A stretch of 64,000 bases of DNA from Octopus sinensis (GCF_006345805.1 NC_043010.1:60202001-60266000); one strand, 5' to 3'. Positions 38,190 to 51,929 are shown, counted from the stretch's first letter. Notes: generated by a model not told the origin, from the letters alone. Translations and numbers: made by a program.

Positions 38190-39630
38190 ACACATCATCA
38201 TTGCTTAACATCCGCTTTCCATGCTGGCATGGGTTGGACAGTTTGACTGAGGAATAGCAAGACAGGAGGCTGCACCATGCTCCAATCTGTTCTGACAAGG
38301 TTTTTTACAGCTGGATTATCTTCCTAACACCAACCACTCTGAGAATGTAGTGAGTACATTTTACATGCCACCAGTACGGAAGCCAATCAGGTGACACTGG
38401 CATTGGTCATGTGACTCAGCTATTAGAGCAAGGTCATCAACAAAGAGGAGCTCCTAGAGGCAGTCTGTCTTGAATTCCTCTGGTCTTGCCTGGAGGACTA
38501 TGATAAATAAGAGGACCGATCCTTGGTAAGCCCCTACTTCTACCCGGAAGTACAGCTCTCTCCATGTCAATGAAAGCCAATACAGAGGTTTATCTTTGGC
38601 TAGGAATTTCTCCAGCAGCTGTCTTACCATAAATATAGCATTAGTGGTGCTTCTCCCTAGTACAAACCCAAACTGCATCTCGTCTAGACTAACCCTGTCC
38701 TTATTTAGTTGGGCTATGACCCTCTCCATGAGTTTCATCACCTGATCCAACGATTTGATACCTCTGTAATTATTCCTTTACCTTTGCAGCAGTTGACTAT
38801 GGTGCTGCTTCACCAATCATTGGGTATGCCTACTTCATATATCACCTGGTTGATTATATGGGTGACTAGACTATAGCCTACAGCACCAGATATTTAAAGC
38901 ATCTCAGTAGTGATTCCTGATGGGCCTGGTTATACCCTTCATACCCTTAATTGCTCTATCTACCAAGGTACTGTTAATTCGGATAGCTGGTCCCTCTGTT
39001 GGTTTGACACTTGGTAGACTCTCTCTCTCTCATTCATTCTCTTCATTTAGGAACCTTTCATAGTGGTGTCTCCAAGTCACTTTCTTTGCAGCATCATTAA
39101 ATGCAAGTGAGCCATCATCCTTGCAGGCACATTTTTCTCCTATGACATCACGATTCTCTGTCACACATTGTCTTGCAATACAAAACACTTCAAGTCTCTG
39201 GTCTTCATGATGCAGGACATTGGCAAATTCTTTCTTATCTGCTTTCCCTCTGGCTAAGTAAACCTGTCTCCTACACTTCCCTGCTACCACCACACTTCCA
39301 GTCCTTCCGTATCTGTTTCTCCTAGCTTCCCTTCTGGTGATCTGATACAGTTCCTTGTTACCACCACACTTCTTGTCCTTCTATACCTGTTTCTTTTCCC
39401 TAATGGCCCTGTCAGCTACATTGTTCCACCACCTGAGATCAAGAGGAGACTTTGCACCATCCACAAATCTGGTCAGTAGCCTTCCACAGGTTGTCTTGTA
39501 GGAACCTCCAGTTGTCCTCCACATTATGTGATGCTATACTACCCTCCTCTTTTTCATCAAAAGCTTCAAGTAATACATCTCTAAATTTCTGTCCATTCAG
39601 AGGATCCTTAAGCTTCCAGACCCTTCTTTT
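38190..39630 (-). mobile_element. RTE LINE fragment with several internal deletions (linker, RT pieces, 3' tail)
   Basis: WWNN, WRHHYERFLNEE, NYRGIK, DEMQFGFVLGRSTTNAIF, QGSVL and DDLALIAES, which joins directly to the 3' UTR and (GAT)n tail. Same family as 5605-7301. Confidence 0.88.
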
Positions 39631-40400
39631 CCATGCATATACATACACATACATGTCACATATACAACTATATATATATATATATATATAAACATTTTCC
39701 AAGAGTCTAGAGAACCAGGTATTTAGATAGTGAAAGCACCAAGGTAGGGTTGGTGACAGTATGACTGTACAAACAATATATAACAATAAATATGTACTCC
39801 CTAAAGTACATACAAATTTATTCCTCCAGTTATGCATACATTCACAAGTGGATGACTGAATACACAATGTGTCATCAAAGTCATACTTGGGGGTACACTC
39901 ACTGCACCTATTGCACTGATGTCTATAGGCTCCAGATCCAAATGTATTGAAGGTTCCAAGTTAGGTGAAGAACAGATAACAACAGATGGGTTGTGGTTCA
40001 CTACAGTTGTTTCAGACCTGTTTTTTATTAATGAACAGAAGTGTTACATCATGCAAAAAAACTGTTTTCATCAGGTGAATGCAGGTAAAAGTTAACAATT
40101 AGAATTTCTCATAGAAAAAGACAAAATGCCTGATAGCTTGACACACCCAAATTCAGTCAGAGAATGAAAAGTTTAAGTTTGTGTGTTTGTGTTTCTCTGC
40201 ATGTGTATATGTGTGCAGTCCTATGTTTTTTTTTTGTGTGCATGTGTGTGTGATGGTAAGTGTGTATGTTTATAATTAAACACTCCCTATTCAAACAGTG
40301 AACAATAAACTCTAAAATATCAGTAAACACCTACTAACTTATGAACATCTAATTATTAAAGAGGAAAAATTATCAGAAAAGCCAGTTCTATTCACTTTTT

Positions 40401-40525
<125 letters not shown>

Positions 40526-42254
40526 GTATGTATATATATGCACTCAGACAAATACACAGTGTATGTATAGAAGGATATGTATGTATATATTTGGGCATGT
40601 GTGTGTGTGATTATTATTGTACATATGCATATGTGTTTATATGGGCATAAGTTGACTTATCCATTTATGAGTCTGTGTGGATATATATGTATACAAATAT
40701 ATATGCACGTAGGCATTTGTTCCCCCTTACCATTTTTTGCATATAAATTCATAATTTATACAATCAATTGAATATATAATGTAAAAATATTATGATTTAA
40801 CATTGCTTTTATATCAGAATTAGCTTGGCCAGTGAAAATAGCAAGTTTGGAAAGTCTACAAATTGAAAATATTGTTTTTCTAAGAAAAATATTTTCTATT
40901 TCTAGAGTTTGAAATACTAATCTGAAAACTGCCTAAAGCCAGCTTAAAGTTTAAGGTATTTACAAAAGTAGAGAGTGATATATATCAACAATAAATTGTA
41001 GGCAAATAAGTAGACAAATAATGTTAGTGTTTAATAGATGCGAGAACAGGAGTAAGTTGAATGATATGAGTCCATATATCGATAGCATGAACTAAAAGAA
41101 AAAATGTAAATTATAGAGTAATTCAGTATATAAATGTGTCCAGACAGCCATAATATTCTCTTTCCTCAACACTGACATGCGAATCCAAACAGCCTTTCAG
41201 TTTATAAATTTCTTTCTTTCAAGTTCACTTTACACGCACATCATTGTAATCTTGCTTTATTCAAATGCAAGACTGCCTCTTTTACGTTACATGTCTCACT
41301 GCCATATGTAATATATTTCTAATGTACGTGATTCTTAGACATGGTGTAAAAAACATGAGCATTTGTGACTTGGACATTATGAACAGCTTTGATTGCTCAC
41401 TAGATAACTTTTGTTTCCTAGGTGATATATGTAGAGCTGTTGCTACTTTTTGGTGAAGATGGTAGTGGTAGTTTGAAAGTAGGAAAGGATTTGAAGGCAA
41501 TAAGAGCCTTGGGTAAGTGCTTACTATGTTGACAACAAAGTACAAAAGACACTTGTGAGTTGGTACAGTTACTCTACAGCAAACTGTGTTTCATTGGTGA
41601 CAGGATGCAGAGTAACTGAGATAGCAAATGGATATTAAAAGAATTGGTGGATGTACCTAGAAGAAACATTTATACTTATATGGATATGTAATGCTATCTG
41701 GATGATGCATGTTGGAAAAATTGCCAGAGATGTTGGTACATAATAAATCTGAGAAAAGGCTCGGGAAGAAGTTTTTATATCAGATATGGGAATAGTGAAC
41801 CTCAAAACTAAAACAACAAAAGAGAAAGATGGCATATTGCTATCAGGTCAGGTAGCAATGAAAACTAAATAGAAAACAGATTCAAAATGAAACTGTAAAT
41901 ATGGATTGTTAATGTACATACACACATGCACACAAACATACATGCACACACAGACACACGCATTAAATTACGGGGTACAAGAAGTATCGAGAGGACATTA
42001 AGAAATTGAATAAAACAAATCTACTCTACTAAATATATTTAATAAAAATTTGTGCACATCTTTAGAAAGTTAGCAATTTCTAAATCACTGTGTTCTTCAT
42101 ATACAACAACAATAACTGAATGTCTTTAATTTTTGTGTTAGCATTTTATCAGCTATGAGGGGATCTGAAAGAAATGAAAAATTTTTAACTGGTTTGAAGA
42201 GATTAATTATACTGGTAATTGGGTGTCCTCAAATACTCCTCAAACTTTTATATC

Positions 42255-42511
42255 ATATATATGTGTCGGTGGCACATAAAAAACACCATCCGAGCGTGGC
42301 CGTCTGCCAGCCTCGTCTGGCACCTGTGTCGGTGGCACATAAAATCACCCACTACACTCTCGGAGTGGTTGGTGTTAGGAAGGGCATCCAGCTGTAGAAA
42401 CACTGCCAGATCTGACTGGCCTGGTGCAGCCTTCGTGCTTGCCAGACCCCAGTTGAACCGTCCAACCCATGCTAGCATGGAAAGCGGACGTTAAACGATG
42501 ATGATGATGAT
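42255..42511 (+). mobile_element. RTE 3' UTR/tail copy (young, CpG-rich)
   Basis: Two ~63 bp units, then ttaggaagggcatccagctgtagaaac..ccatgctagcatggaaagcggacgttaaac(gat)n. Confidence 0.85.
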
Positions 42512-42624
42512 ATATATATATATATATATGTATGTATGCATGTACATATACACATTATTATGTTTGTATATATATATATATATGAATGTGTATATATATA
42601 TATGCAAATGAATATGTATATATA

Positions 42625-42797
42625 TCATCATCATCGTTTAATGTCTGCTTTCCATGCTAGCATGGGTTGGACGATTTGAATGAGGTCTGGCGAACCAGAT
42701 TCCAATCTGATCTGGCAGAGTTTCTACAGCTAGATGCCCTTCCTAACGCCAACCACTCTGAGAGTGTAGTGGGAGCTTTTACGTGCCACCGGCACGA
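42625..42797 (-). mobile_element. RTE 3'-tail copy, inverted relative to 42255-42511
   Basis: (cat)n-cgtttaatgtctgctttccatgctagcatgggttggacg..cttcctaacgccaaccactctgagagtgtagtggg. Confidence 0.85.
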
Positions 42798-43780
42798 GAT
42801 GAAATGTAATAGAAAATATGGAATATAAAAAACAAAACAGATGAAATAAGTCTTAACTTTACAGCTGTTTCAGACTTACCATGATTACTGCCATAAAAAT
42901 ATCCTATAATTAGATGTATTGATGAATGGAATAACAGGAGTTTTTATATATCCACGAGACAACTTTTGTTTGTCTACCTTTTTTACTTCAATACCCACTC
43001 AGCAAAAATTGTTCTTAAAGCTAATCAAAGCCACTTGCCTTGATTGAAGGAGTTGGTACCTAAGTTTTAGTTTAGCTGGGAATTATTTTGTGCTTATCTT
43101 TACCATGCTTGCATTCTCCAGTATGCACTTTATATATCAACAGCATCATCATCATCATCATGATTGTTTAATGTGTCTCTTCCATGTTGGTATGAGCTGA
43201 ATGATTCATGAAGGTCTGATGAGTCAAAGGATTTTGTCAAACATATTATCAGTTAGTTGCCCAAAAAATCACTAAAAAAGCACTTAAAATAAGTAATAAC
43301 TCACTATTACCTATTTTGAGTGTGTATATCTTTATACCAAGCAATATATTACTAGTTATGGTATACATCTGGTGAAAATGTTACTGTTGGTTTTATACTG
43401 ATATTACCAGTAGACAATATTGATTCTCTTTTAGAAGCTAGAAAAGTTACAACTTTAGCCAGCTATATATGGCAATCAAAAGAGGAATAAATGCCATATA
43501 ATGCCATTTTGGAATGTTCAGATCTCTTCAATTTGGACAGAGGGGTGCTGTGGTCATGTCATTCTTCCAGCAACTTTCAGTTTTTGGTTTACTCTCAGAA
43601 TGCAAGTCCTCAGCAATTTTCTTATCGCCTTCATGTTGCCCGTGCTGCAGGTGGTGGCCACATTGAACACTTGTAAGACAGAAAATAAAAGTTGATTGTG
43701 AATAAATACTTGGAATTTTCTATTGCTTTTCCTTATTAAAATGTTGCGTAATAAAATCTGTTCATTCTTTTTGAATAATC

Positions 43781-43814
<34 letters not shown>

Positions 43815-43821
43815 ATAAAAA

Positions 43822-43971
43822 TCATCATCATCATCATCATCATTTAGCGTCCGCTTTCCATGCTAGCATGGGTTGGACGGGTCAACTGGGGTCTGTGAAG
43901 CTGGAAGGCTTCGTCAGGCCCAGTCAGATCTGGCAGTGTTTCTATGGCTGGATGCCCTTCCTAACGCCAAC

Positions 43972-43972
<1 letters not shown>
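43822..43972 (-). mobile_element. RTE 3'-tail copy between (TA)n tracts
   Basis: (cat)n-ttagcgtccgctttccatgctagcatgggttggacgg..ggatgcccttcctaacgccaac. Confidence 0.85.
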
Positions 43973-44042
<70 letters not shown>

Positions 44043-44974
44043 CATACACACACCCATACATGCACACACAGAGACACACACACACTTATATAATACACAT
44101 GAACATAATGAATCTGTTTTGTGTATATGTATATATGTTTATATATATATATATGTGTGTGTGTAAACAGAATTCAGAGATGATCCAGAAGTTGTTGCTC
44201 TTTGATTACTATTGCAAACAGCAGTAGATTTCTTCGGCTGAATACACATCACTGATTGTTTAAAATTACCTAAATACAATAACTTTAACATGAAATAGTT
44301 TCTAAAATATGAAATTTTGTCAAAAATGCTGAAAGTAAACCGTGTTCAGCATGAGAAATTACACCAGTATACGAAATTTCAAACTGTTTAGTTAAAAAAA
44401 AGAATTTTTAATCTGTGAGCCAAACTGCAGAGATCCGAATGTTCTGGACCATGTCTTAATGGAAGTAGAAGTAGGCTCTAGTTGGCAGAGAGGATCTAAA
44501 CACATTCTTGATCTTAGAAAGCAAAATTTTTGGACACTAGCATTGTGAAGGCCTATTCATTTTAGTGATGTGGTTATGTTTATTTTTGATCAAGGGAATG
44601 ATATGTATATGCATATAGTTTATACACTTAATCCATGGTTAACACTAATCTATGGAAAATCTTAGCCAGCATAAAGTCTATGTAGATCTAGCATAAAAGA
44701 CGCTTTACAGTTCTGTCCATCATATTTGAAGAGTAATCAATGTTGTCAAGTGGCAATATTGGCATGAAAACTATAGTAGCATTCTGACCAGTAATATGCC
44801 ATACCCAGAAATATATTGCTTGACAATACAAATGTGTGTGGGTGGTGGTGAGAGTGTTTTGTAAAACAAACAGAAGAAGCATGACTCAATACATGAGTAC
44901 TGGCTTTTCATATTTGACTTCTTAATCAGCAGAAAGTCACAAAAGTTACTCAAGGGCCAAGAGTTTCATGCATG

Positions 44975-45255
44975 GCACAAATATGGAGATGACAAGATTG
45001 AGATATGTGACACATTGCTGTACTCAAGAAGACCTGTCCACCACAACAGAATTGATATCCTAAAACCAAGGTGTCGCATAAAAAAACATTGGCATTGTTG
45101 CTGGTGCCATAGAAAAGCATTGGTGATGGTATCACATAAAAATACCCAGTACACTCTGTAAAGTGGTTGGTATTCAGAAGGGCATCCAGCTGTAGAAACC
45201 ATGCCAGAACAGACCTGGTGTGGTCCCTGGCCTTACCAGCTCCTGTCAAGTCTTA
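44975..45255 (+). mobile_element. RTE C-terminus/3' UTR fragment
   Basis: gagatgacaag..gctgtactcaagaagacc resembles 6770-6820, then agtacactctgtaaagtggttggtattcagaagggcatccagctgtagaaacc. Confidence 0.65.
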
Positions 45256-45580
45256 TCAGCTCTATCAAGGAACTATGAAGAGATCAGGCGATCTCAAGCC
45301 AACAGAAAAACAAATAATTGTATTTCTGGGATAGTAACAACTCCACCTACTTTAATGTACAATCTTCTAAGATACATTGTGATCGTACAGATGGGCAAAG
45401 TAGAATACTTTGCTGTAAGTCGAGAAGCCTAGAAGATGTCTGCTAGCATTAGTGTTTGTCTCTTTCACTACTGGATTGAGTGGTATTGTATGAATGTGCT
45501 CCAATCAGAGTGATCATCAGTTGATAGCTGCTAATGAATGGAATAACACACAGCATCACAGCATTTGCTGTATAATTATA

Positions 45581-45808
45581 TATTTCTTTACTACCCACAA
45601 GGGGCCAAACATAGAGGGGACAAACAAGGACAGATAAAGGGATCAAGTCGACTACATCGAACCCAGTGTGAAACTGGTACTTTATTTATCGGCCCCGAAA
45701 GGATGAAAGGCAAAGTCGACCTCGGCGGAATTCGAACTCAGAATGTAATGACAGACGAAATACCGCTAAGCATTTCGCCCTGCGTGCTAACGTTTCTGCC
45801 AGTTCGCC
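45581..45808 (-). mobile_element. Young tRNA-derived SINE (family D) with an 11 bp TSD
   Basis: Head GGCGAACTGGCAGAAACG..GAGTTCGAATTCC; central tttcatcctttcggggccgataaataaagtaccag. TSD GTATAATTATA at 45570-45580 and 45809-45819. Confidence 0.9.
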
Positions 45809-48670
45809 GTATAATTATAATTTAGTTGCTCTTTCTCCTCATTCAACAAACTCTTATAATAGCACTTCCATGTCTTTTCCTTTTTTTTGTCAATTAGAGC
45901 AAAAGTGTTATTTATCAATCCATGCACACTTCTCTCCAATGATATCTCAATTTTCTCTTCCACACTATTTTGCAATCTGGATATAATATGATGATAACAA
46001 TAATAATGATAATAACATGACTGTGTGTGTGTGTGTGTGTGCACATGCGCTTGTGTGTGCACACTTGTGTGTTTGTATGTATTTATGTACACATGATGAC
46101 ATTTATTGGATGAAAAACCTCCATAAGCTATCAGCAATAAAAGAAAACTAAAATAGATATAGTAAGAAGTAATAAGGTGAGATCTGAGGAGTCTAAGGCC
46201 CACAGAAACAATAATGTAAGATTAAAAGGTAGAGCAATATATGCCCCATTGCAGACTCAGTTACAGTAAACCATTAAAACTGATACCTACTTTGCTTGTG
46301 TAAACTTTTTGAATGCGATCCACTTTTAGAGAGAGATAGAATAGGTGTGTATGTGAGTGAATAATTGGATATGTGTATGAGACTATGTGAGTTGTTTTGG
46401 CAGCAATAATAGTTATATGTAATTTTGATGTAACAGGAACATATTCCCATTGAGTATATACCACTTTACCAGTCATTGGAACAGAGATTTGTTATCTACT
46501 GTATTATGGTAGTCCATTGCATGTTGGCACAGATCAGCTGTAGATTAAATCAACCTAAGAGCTTGACTGATATTTAATGCTATTTTTTCCCCAAAAGGAT
46601 AGAAGGCAAAGCTTACCTTGTTATAGATTGAACTCAAAATGTAAAGTGCCAGAATAAATACAAAAATAAGAACAAATTTTGCATGATATTTTAAAGATGC
46701 TGTCTAGCCACCAGCCTAATGAAGCTGATGATATATAATCACCTTCCAGTTTCTTTAATGATCACTTTTCTACACACACACACACATCTGTTATTTATGT
46801 GTGTGTGTGTAAGTATGTATGTTTATGTATAAGAACTAAACTGCAAAGAAAACTTTGGAATAGCAATAAATATTTATAAATTTGAACACTCTTATGCATA
46901 GAAAAGTGTTAATATATATGTGTGTATATTTGCAAATATTATTCATTGTGATTAGGGCATATATTTTCGCACTTTTTTTTTAGATATATAATCCTTTTTA
47001 ACCCATGAAATGTTTGAAAAGTTTTCTTAAGGGAAATATTACATATATTTATATGGGCATACATATGTATATGTATTTATATATGTGTGTGAGTGTGTAT
47101 TTGTTTTATATGTTGATAAACACTGTTTTTTTTATTAATATATTCTGTATGAAATATGCTTTTGTATCATCAAGAATGTTTAGTTTTCATGGGTAGTTAT
47201 GCATGTTAATATGCAAATATGAATATGTATCTTTGTCAGTTTGGGAAGGAGAGTGATTGGGTGTGGGTGTGTGTGTACACTCAAATAAATGCTGCTATCA
47301 TGTCCAAAAACCTGATGAAATATATAAACTGAAGCTAAATGTCAAAAATCTCTAAAGAAACAAATTTTCTAAGTTAGGATTTTCACAATATATATGACTT
47401 GTAGTGAAGACAAAGCAGATATGACAATAAATGGAAATTGTTTTCTAAGCTGACAATTTCTATTGACATTTATTATAAAAGTATATTTTCTATCTCACTC
47501 TCATAAATGTATTCTCTCTAACAACAATATACCATTACAGGAAAACATCCTGTATTAGAATATAATACTACAGAGAAATCTCTTTGAAAATGTTCTCATT
47601 CCTTTCATTTCTCAGTTTCTAAAATTCTTTTAAGTTACAAAGACATATTTTCTTTCTACATCTTAATATCTTCATGAAAATGTCTACACTTAGAATTCTC
47701 TTTATATTTGAACTATCATTTGCTATTCTTGGTTATATCCATTAACATGGTTAATCTCTATTTCACAGCTTAGCCTTTCAATACCCTGCAGTATTCTATC
47801 ATACAGCAATGTTGGCATTCCATTAACTCGGTATTTCCTGTGGCTATTTTTCATTAAACTAGCCACATAATCTCAGTTCAGAAACAGAATAGAGAAAAAT
47901 ATACTGAATATATTTTGACATGCAAACATAATTATATACACACATTTAGTTGTTTATTTTCTGTATAATGTTGTTTAAATATTTTTGTCAGTTATCATAA
48001 ATATTAATATATAATATTTCTCAATTTTTCTATACTGTTTTACACTTACATATTAGATATATGATAGTATTTATAAAAATGCATGTTCATATTATCAATA
48101 ATGTTGAAAGTTTTCATACAATATTTATATTTTAAATATATATACATACATAGATGCACATGCATACAAATATGCATGGATATTAAATAGCAAGGAAAAC
48201 AGCAGATTAATTTAATCATTTCATTCTTCATGTAATTTCAGTAATACTTTAGTAATAGCAATTATACATTTAATTATTTAAGAGTCATTATAGGTATTAT
48301 ATCCTCTGAAGATATGAACTAAATGCGTAATAACTATCACTAAGTATTATTAGAATATTACTGAAATGGATATAAAGAATGAAATAAATTAATTGGTTAC
48401 TTTACTTGTTATAGAATCCATACATTTTTACTCTACCGTCAATAGAGTCACATGTATGAAAACAGTCTAGTGAGCACATGTGTTTGAGTATATTGAAGTA
48501 TACTGAGTTTTAAACAAAGCATGAATAAAAAGTAAGTAGGTAGAAATATGAATTTTCTGACATTTAAGAAGCAGGTAAGACTTATAACTAATAAAAAGAT
48601 AATTACTATCATCGTTAAAGGTAAATGTACTATGTTGCTGTTGTTGTTGTTGTTATTATTATTACTATTA

Positions 48671-49075
48671 AGGCGGTGAGTTAGTAGAATCATTAGCATG
48701 CTGGTAAAGTGCTCAGAAGTATTTCATCTGTCCTTACGTTCTGAGTTCAAATTCCACCAAGGTCAACTTTGGCTTTCATCATTTTGGGGTTGATATCACT
48801 GGGGTTGTTGTAATTGACTTGTCCCCTCCCCCAAAATTGGGGAAAGAAGGGAAAAAAAATGTGCCTATAGAGGAAAGGATTATTATTATCATTTGTAAGG
48901 TGGTGAGCTAGCAGAATCCTTAGCATGCTAGGTAAAAGGCTTAGAGTCATTTCATCTGTTTTTTTACGTTCTGAATTCAAACTCTGAGGTTGACTTTGTC
49001 TTTCATCCTTACAAGGTTGATGAAATAAGTACCAGCTGAGCACTGGGATCAATGTAATCCCATGATTGCACCAGG
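48671..49075 (+). mobile_element. Two tandem family-D SINE copies
   Basis: ggtgag.tag.agaatc.ttagcatgct.g..ttacgttctga.ttcaaa..tttcatc occurs twice (about 48671 and 48897). Confidence 0.75.
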
Positions 49076-49099
49076 TAGTGTTTGAAATGGGGCAGGGAC

Positions 49100-50030
49100 T
49101 ATAAATCTCATGTCAGGAATTTAATAGTAAATCTGAATACCTCTTTAAGGCACCACACATGGCTTGCCAAGGATGTGACAAATTGTCTTTCTGGAATCCT
49201 GAAAGAGGACCTGTGGTTGTACAGACACCACTTGAAGGCGGTTCTGACCTTGAGTGTTGGTTGTGTTCACACCTCTGGTACCTCTTCCATTGGCTTCAGA
49301 TCTGGAGTTGTTATTTCCACTGCTGTTATTGGAGCTGTTATTACAGAGCAGAGGTCTGGTGATATCACTGTGGCTGTTGTCATTGTGGCAGTCATCCCTG
49401 GCCATAGTGCTGGTGTTGCTGCTGCTGTCAGCAATGGTAATACTGGACATTGGACTGGTGCTTCTGGTGTTGTCATGGCCATCTTCTCCAGCTGTGATGC
49501 TGGTGTTGGGGTCATTGGCATCAGTGCTGGTGTTTCTGCTTCAGTTGCCATTGCTGGATGAGCAAATGCTGCTATTACTTGGGTAGCTAGGTCTGGGTAC
49601 ACCAAAGCCTCATATACGATTCCCTCAGCCTCACATAGGTTCCCCCCTGGGAGGTCATTGTACTCTCTGCATGAGCAACCAGCCCCTCTCTGCATTATAT
49701 AGGTGTTTGCTAATATTCTTTTTGTAATGGGTGCACAACTAAAGGAGACCCTTACATTGTGCCTATTGAACAAACTTCTGTACCTGTGTGTCTGCGTGAA
49801 GTGCTTGTCTACTAACCTGAGAAATATTCTTCCTACACAAGTCTTGATGTTGAGTGAGAAGGGTGGGGCAAACCAAATGATGTTCCAGCTGCACCTCCTT
49901 TTGTGGGTAATAGGGCCTGGCATATAGGAGATGCAGTCCTTAAAACCACTGGACACAAGTGCCTCATTGTAATAGGAGGCTGAGGTATTGAACATTTCTT
50001 GACTATCTCTGTGGTAATCCACTTCAGCTC
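49100..50030 (-). mobile_element. Penelope-like element 3' part (RT thumb/linker and GIY-YIG endonuclease); pseudogene
   Basis: YYNEALVSSGF, NIIWFAPPFSLNIKTCVGRIFLRLVDKHF, FNRHNVRVSFSC, CSCR..C..EGIVYEALV. Downstream, in a shifted frame: TAFKWCLYNHRSSF..TSLASHVWCLKE..FTIKF. Confidence 0.85.
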
Positions 50031-50954
50031 TAATTATTAAAACAAATATTATAAATAGAAAGAACTGAAGTATTTTGTAAAAGAATAGGAAGTGTTTGTT
50101 GCAAAACCTATAAAAGAATTGGAAATTTTGTAGAACCTTTAAAACTCAAATTATATGAAAAACTTAACAGTTTGACTGTTATTTACAAAAGTGTATTTCC
50201 ATTTGTAGATTTCACATGAAAGTGAGCAATCTTATAAGCTGTGTGCATGATACTTGGTGACTGTCAATTTAAAATTATGACCTGGGGTCATAATCCAGCT
50301 GCATTTTTCAAATTAATGTCAGATGAAATATTTGGGAAGAGTATGAATCAAGAAAGATTGTTTCATGTTACAATACCAGACAATAAATTGTTTGAATCCA
50401 TGTGGAGTTAAATAAAACTTTGGAATTGCTTCTAATAGGATGAAAGCAGTCAGCTCTGCTATGCAAAACCAGTTTTCTGAGGGACAAAATGACAATTTTG
50501 AAGTCTAAAATCAGACTGGAGGGAACTGTGTATCAGAGAAGACTATACAGATTTATAGGATTTAATCAAAAGCACAGAACACTCTTTATGTGGAAGAGTG
50601 AAAGAAAGTGTGTTCATTTGCATGCATTTCTCTTTTGTGTGTAGAAAGTATATGGATATGAAAATGCATGTGTTTGTGGAGACAAATACACATGTATAAA
50701 TGTGTGCATGTATATGAATGTGATGTAAATGCATCTTCACAATCTGATTTTACTGACTCACTTTATAAGTTGCAGTAAAAAAAAAAATCAATATGTCTTC
50801 ATCTTTATATTAATGAAATAACAGTAAGATTTATTAATAATGAAGCTTTGAAGAAATGAGAGATAGAAAATTAGGTTCTTTGGCATAGAAAGTTAATCAA
50901 TCTCATTAAAACCTTGCCTCTTATCTTTCTTCCTCTGTAGCAACATCAATAATA

Positions 50955-51392
50955 ATAATAATTCTTTATACTATAGGCACAAGGCCTGAAATTTTGGGAG
51001 AAGGAGTTAATCAGTTACATTGACCCCAGTTACATATTTTATCAATCCCAAAAGGGTGAAAGACAAAATCAACCTCAGTGGAATTTGAACTCAGAATATA
51101 AAGATGGGCAAGGTGGCAAGCTGGAAGAAATATTTGCATGCCGAGTGAAATGCTTAGCGGTATTTCATCTGTCTTTACGTTCTGAGTTCAAATTCCACCA
51201 AGGTTGACTTTACTTTTCATCCTTTCAGGGTTGATAAATTAAGTACCAGTTGCATTCTGGGGTTGACCTAACCGACTGGCCACCTTCCCAAAAGTTTTGG
51301 GTCTTGTGCCTAGAGTAAAAAAGAATATAAAGATAGGCAAAATGCTTAGCAGCATTTTGTCTGGAATGCTAATGATATTGCCAGCTTGCCAT
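50955..51392. mobile_element. Family-D SINE (+, 51112-51321) nested antisense inside a family-D SINE (-)
   Basis: 19 bp TSD AGAATATAAAGAT(G/A)GGCAA at 51093-51111 and 51322-51340. The outer element's head resumes at 51341-51392. Confidence 0.85.
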
Positions 51393-51395
51393 CCT

Positions 51396-51435
<40 letters not shown>

Positions 51436-51844
51436 TTTCAACTCTGGTGCAAGGTCACATATTTTAGAGAGCAATTTAACTGAGTGGCTCAACAATAGTG
51501 CATGACTGATACATAGTGACTTGGGAAGGATGAAAAGTAAATGTAACCTCATTAGAATTAAAGCTCAGAATATGAAAGCCAATGAGCTGAAATTACAAAT
51601 ACTCTGGCCATCCTAATAATGATAATGATAATGACAATGAGTCATTTTAGTAACACCAAAAAGGAATATAGTAAATTTCTTGAATATGAGATAGAGATGG
51701 AGATTGAAATATGTCTAACTTAGAGACAAATAGAAAACAAAGAAGTTTTGTGAACAAAAGATTAAATTACTTAAAGAAAGCTTTAGGAATACAATGAAAT
51801 GAATGTGCATTGAATAAAACAGTAATTCTTGTCATGATGTGATT

Positions 51845-51873
51845 TTTAATACTCTTATTTTCTTTCTTTACAG
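51845..51873 (+). promoter_or_regulatory. Splice acceptor of the protocadherin large exon
   Basis: ttttaatactcttattttctttctttacag| immediately upstream of the exon, 56 nt before the ATG. Confidence 0.7.
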
Positions 51874-51929
51874 AGCAACTCACTAAATACTTCACATGCT
51901 TTACTCCTATAACTGTGATTCCAAGCAAT

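Noticed and set aside
39801-40020. Minus-strand ORF of natural-looking composition (NHNPSVVICSSPNLEP...)
   Set aside because: A-rich, poor acceptor, no recognisable domain and no partner exons.
50274-50294. Palindrome ATTATGACC-TGG-GGTCATAAT resembling a nuclear-receptor element
   Set aside because: The half-sites are everted relative to a canonical ERE, and a single short palindrome is expected by chance in 64 kb.
51915-51929. ORF-track start (GTG, MIPSN) and C-terminus VSPLLSLSLF for the protocadherin
   Set aside because: The ATG at 51930 gives a proper signal peptide, and a consensus donor at 54306 plus a phase-matched exon 2 indicate splicing.
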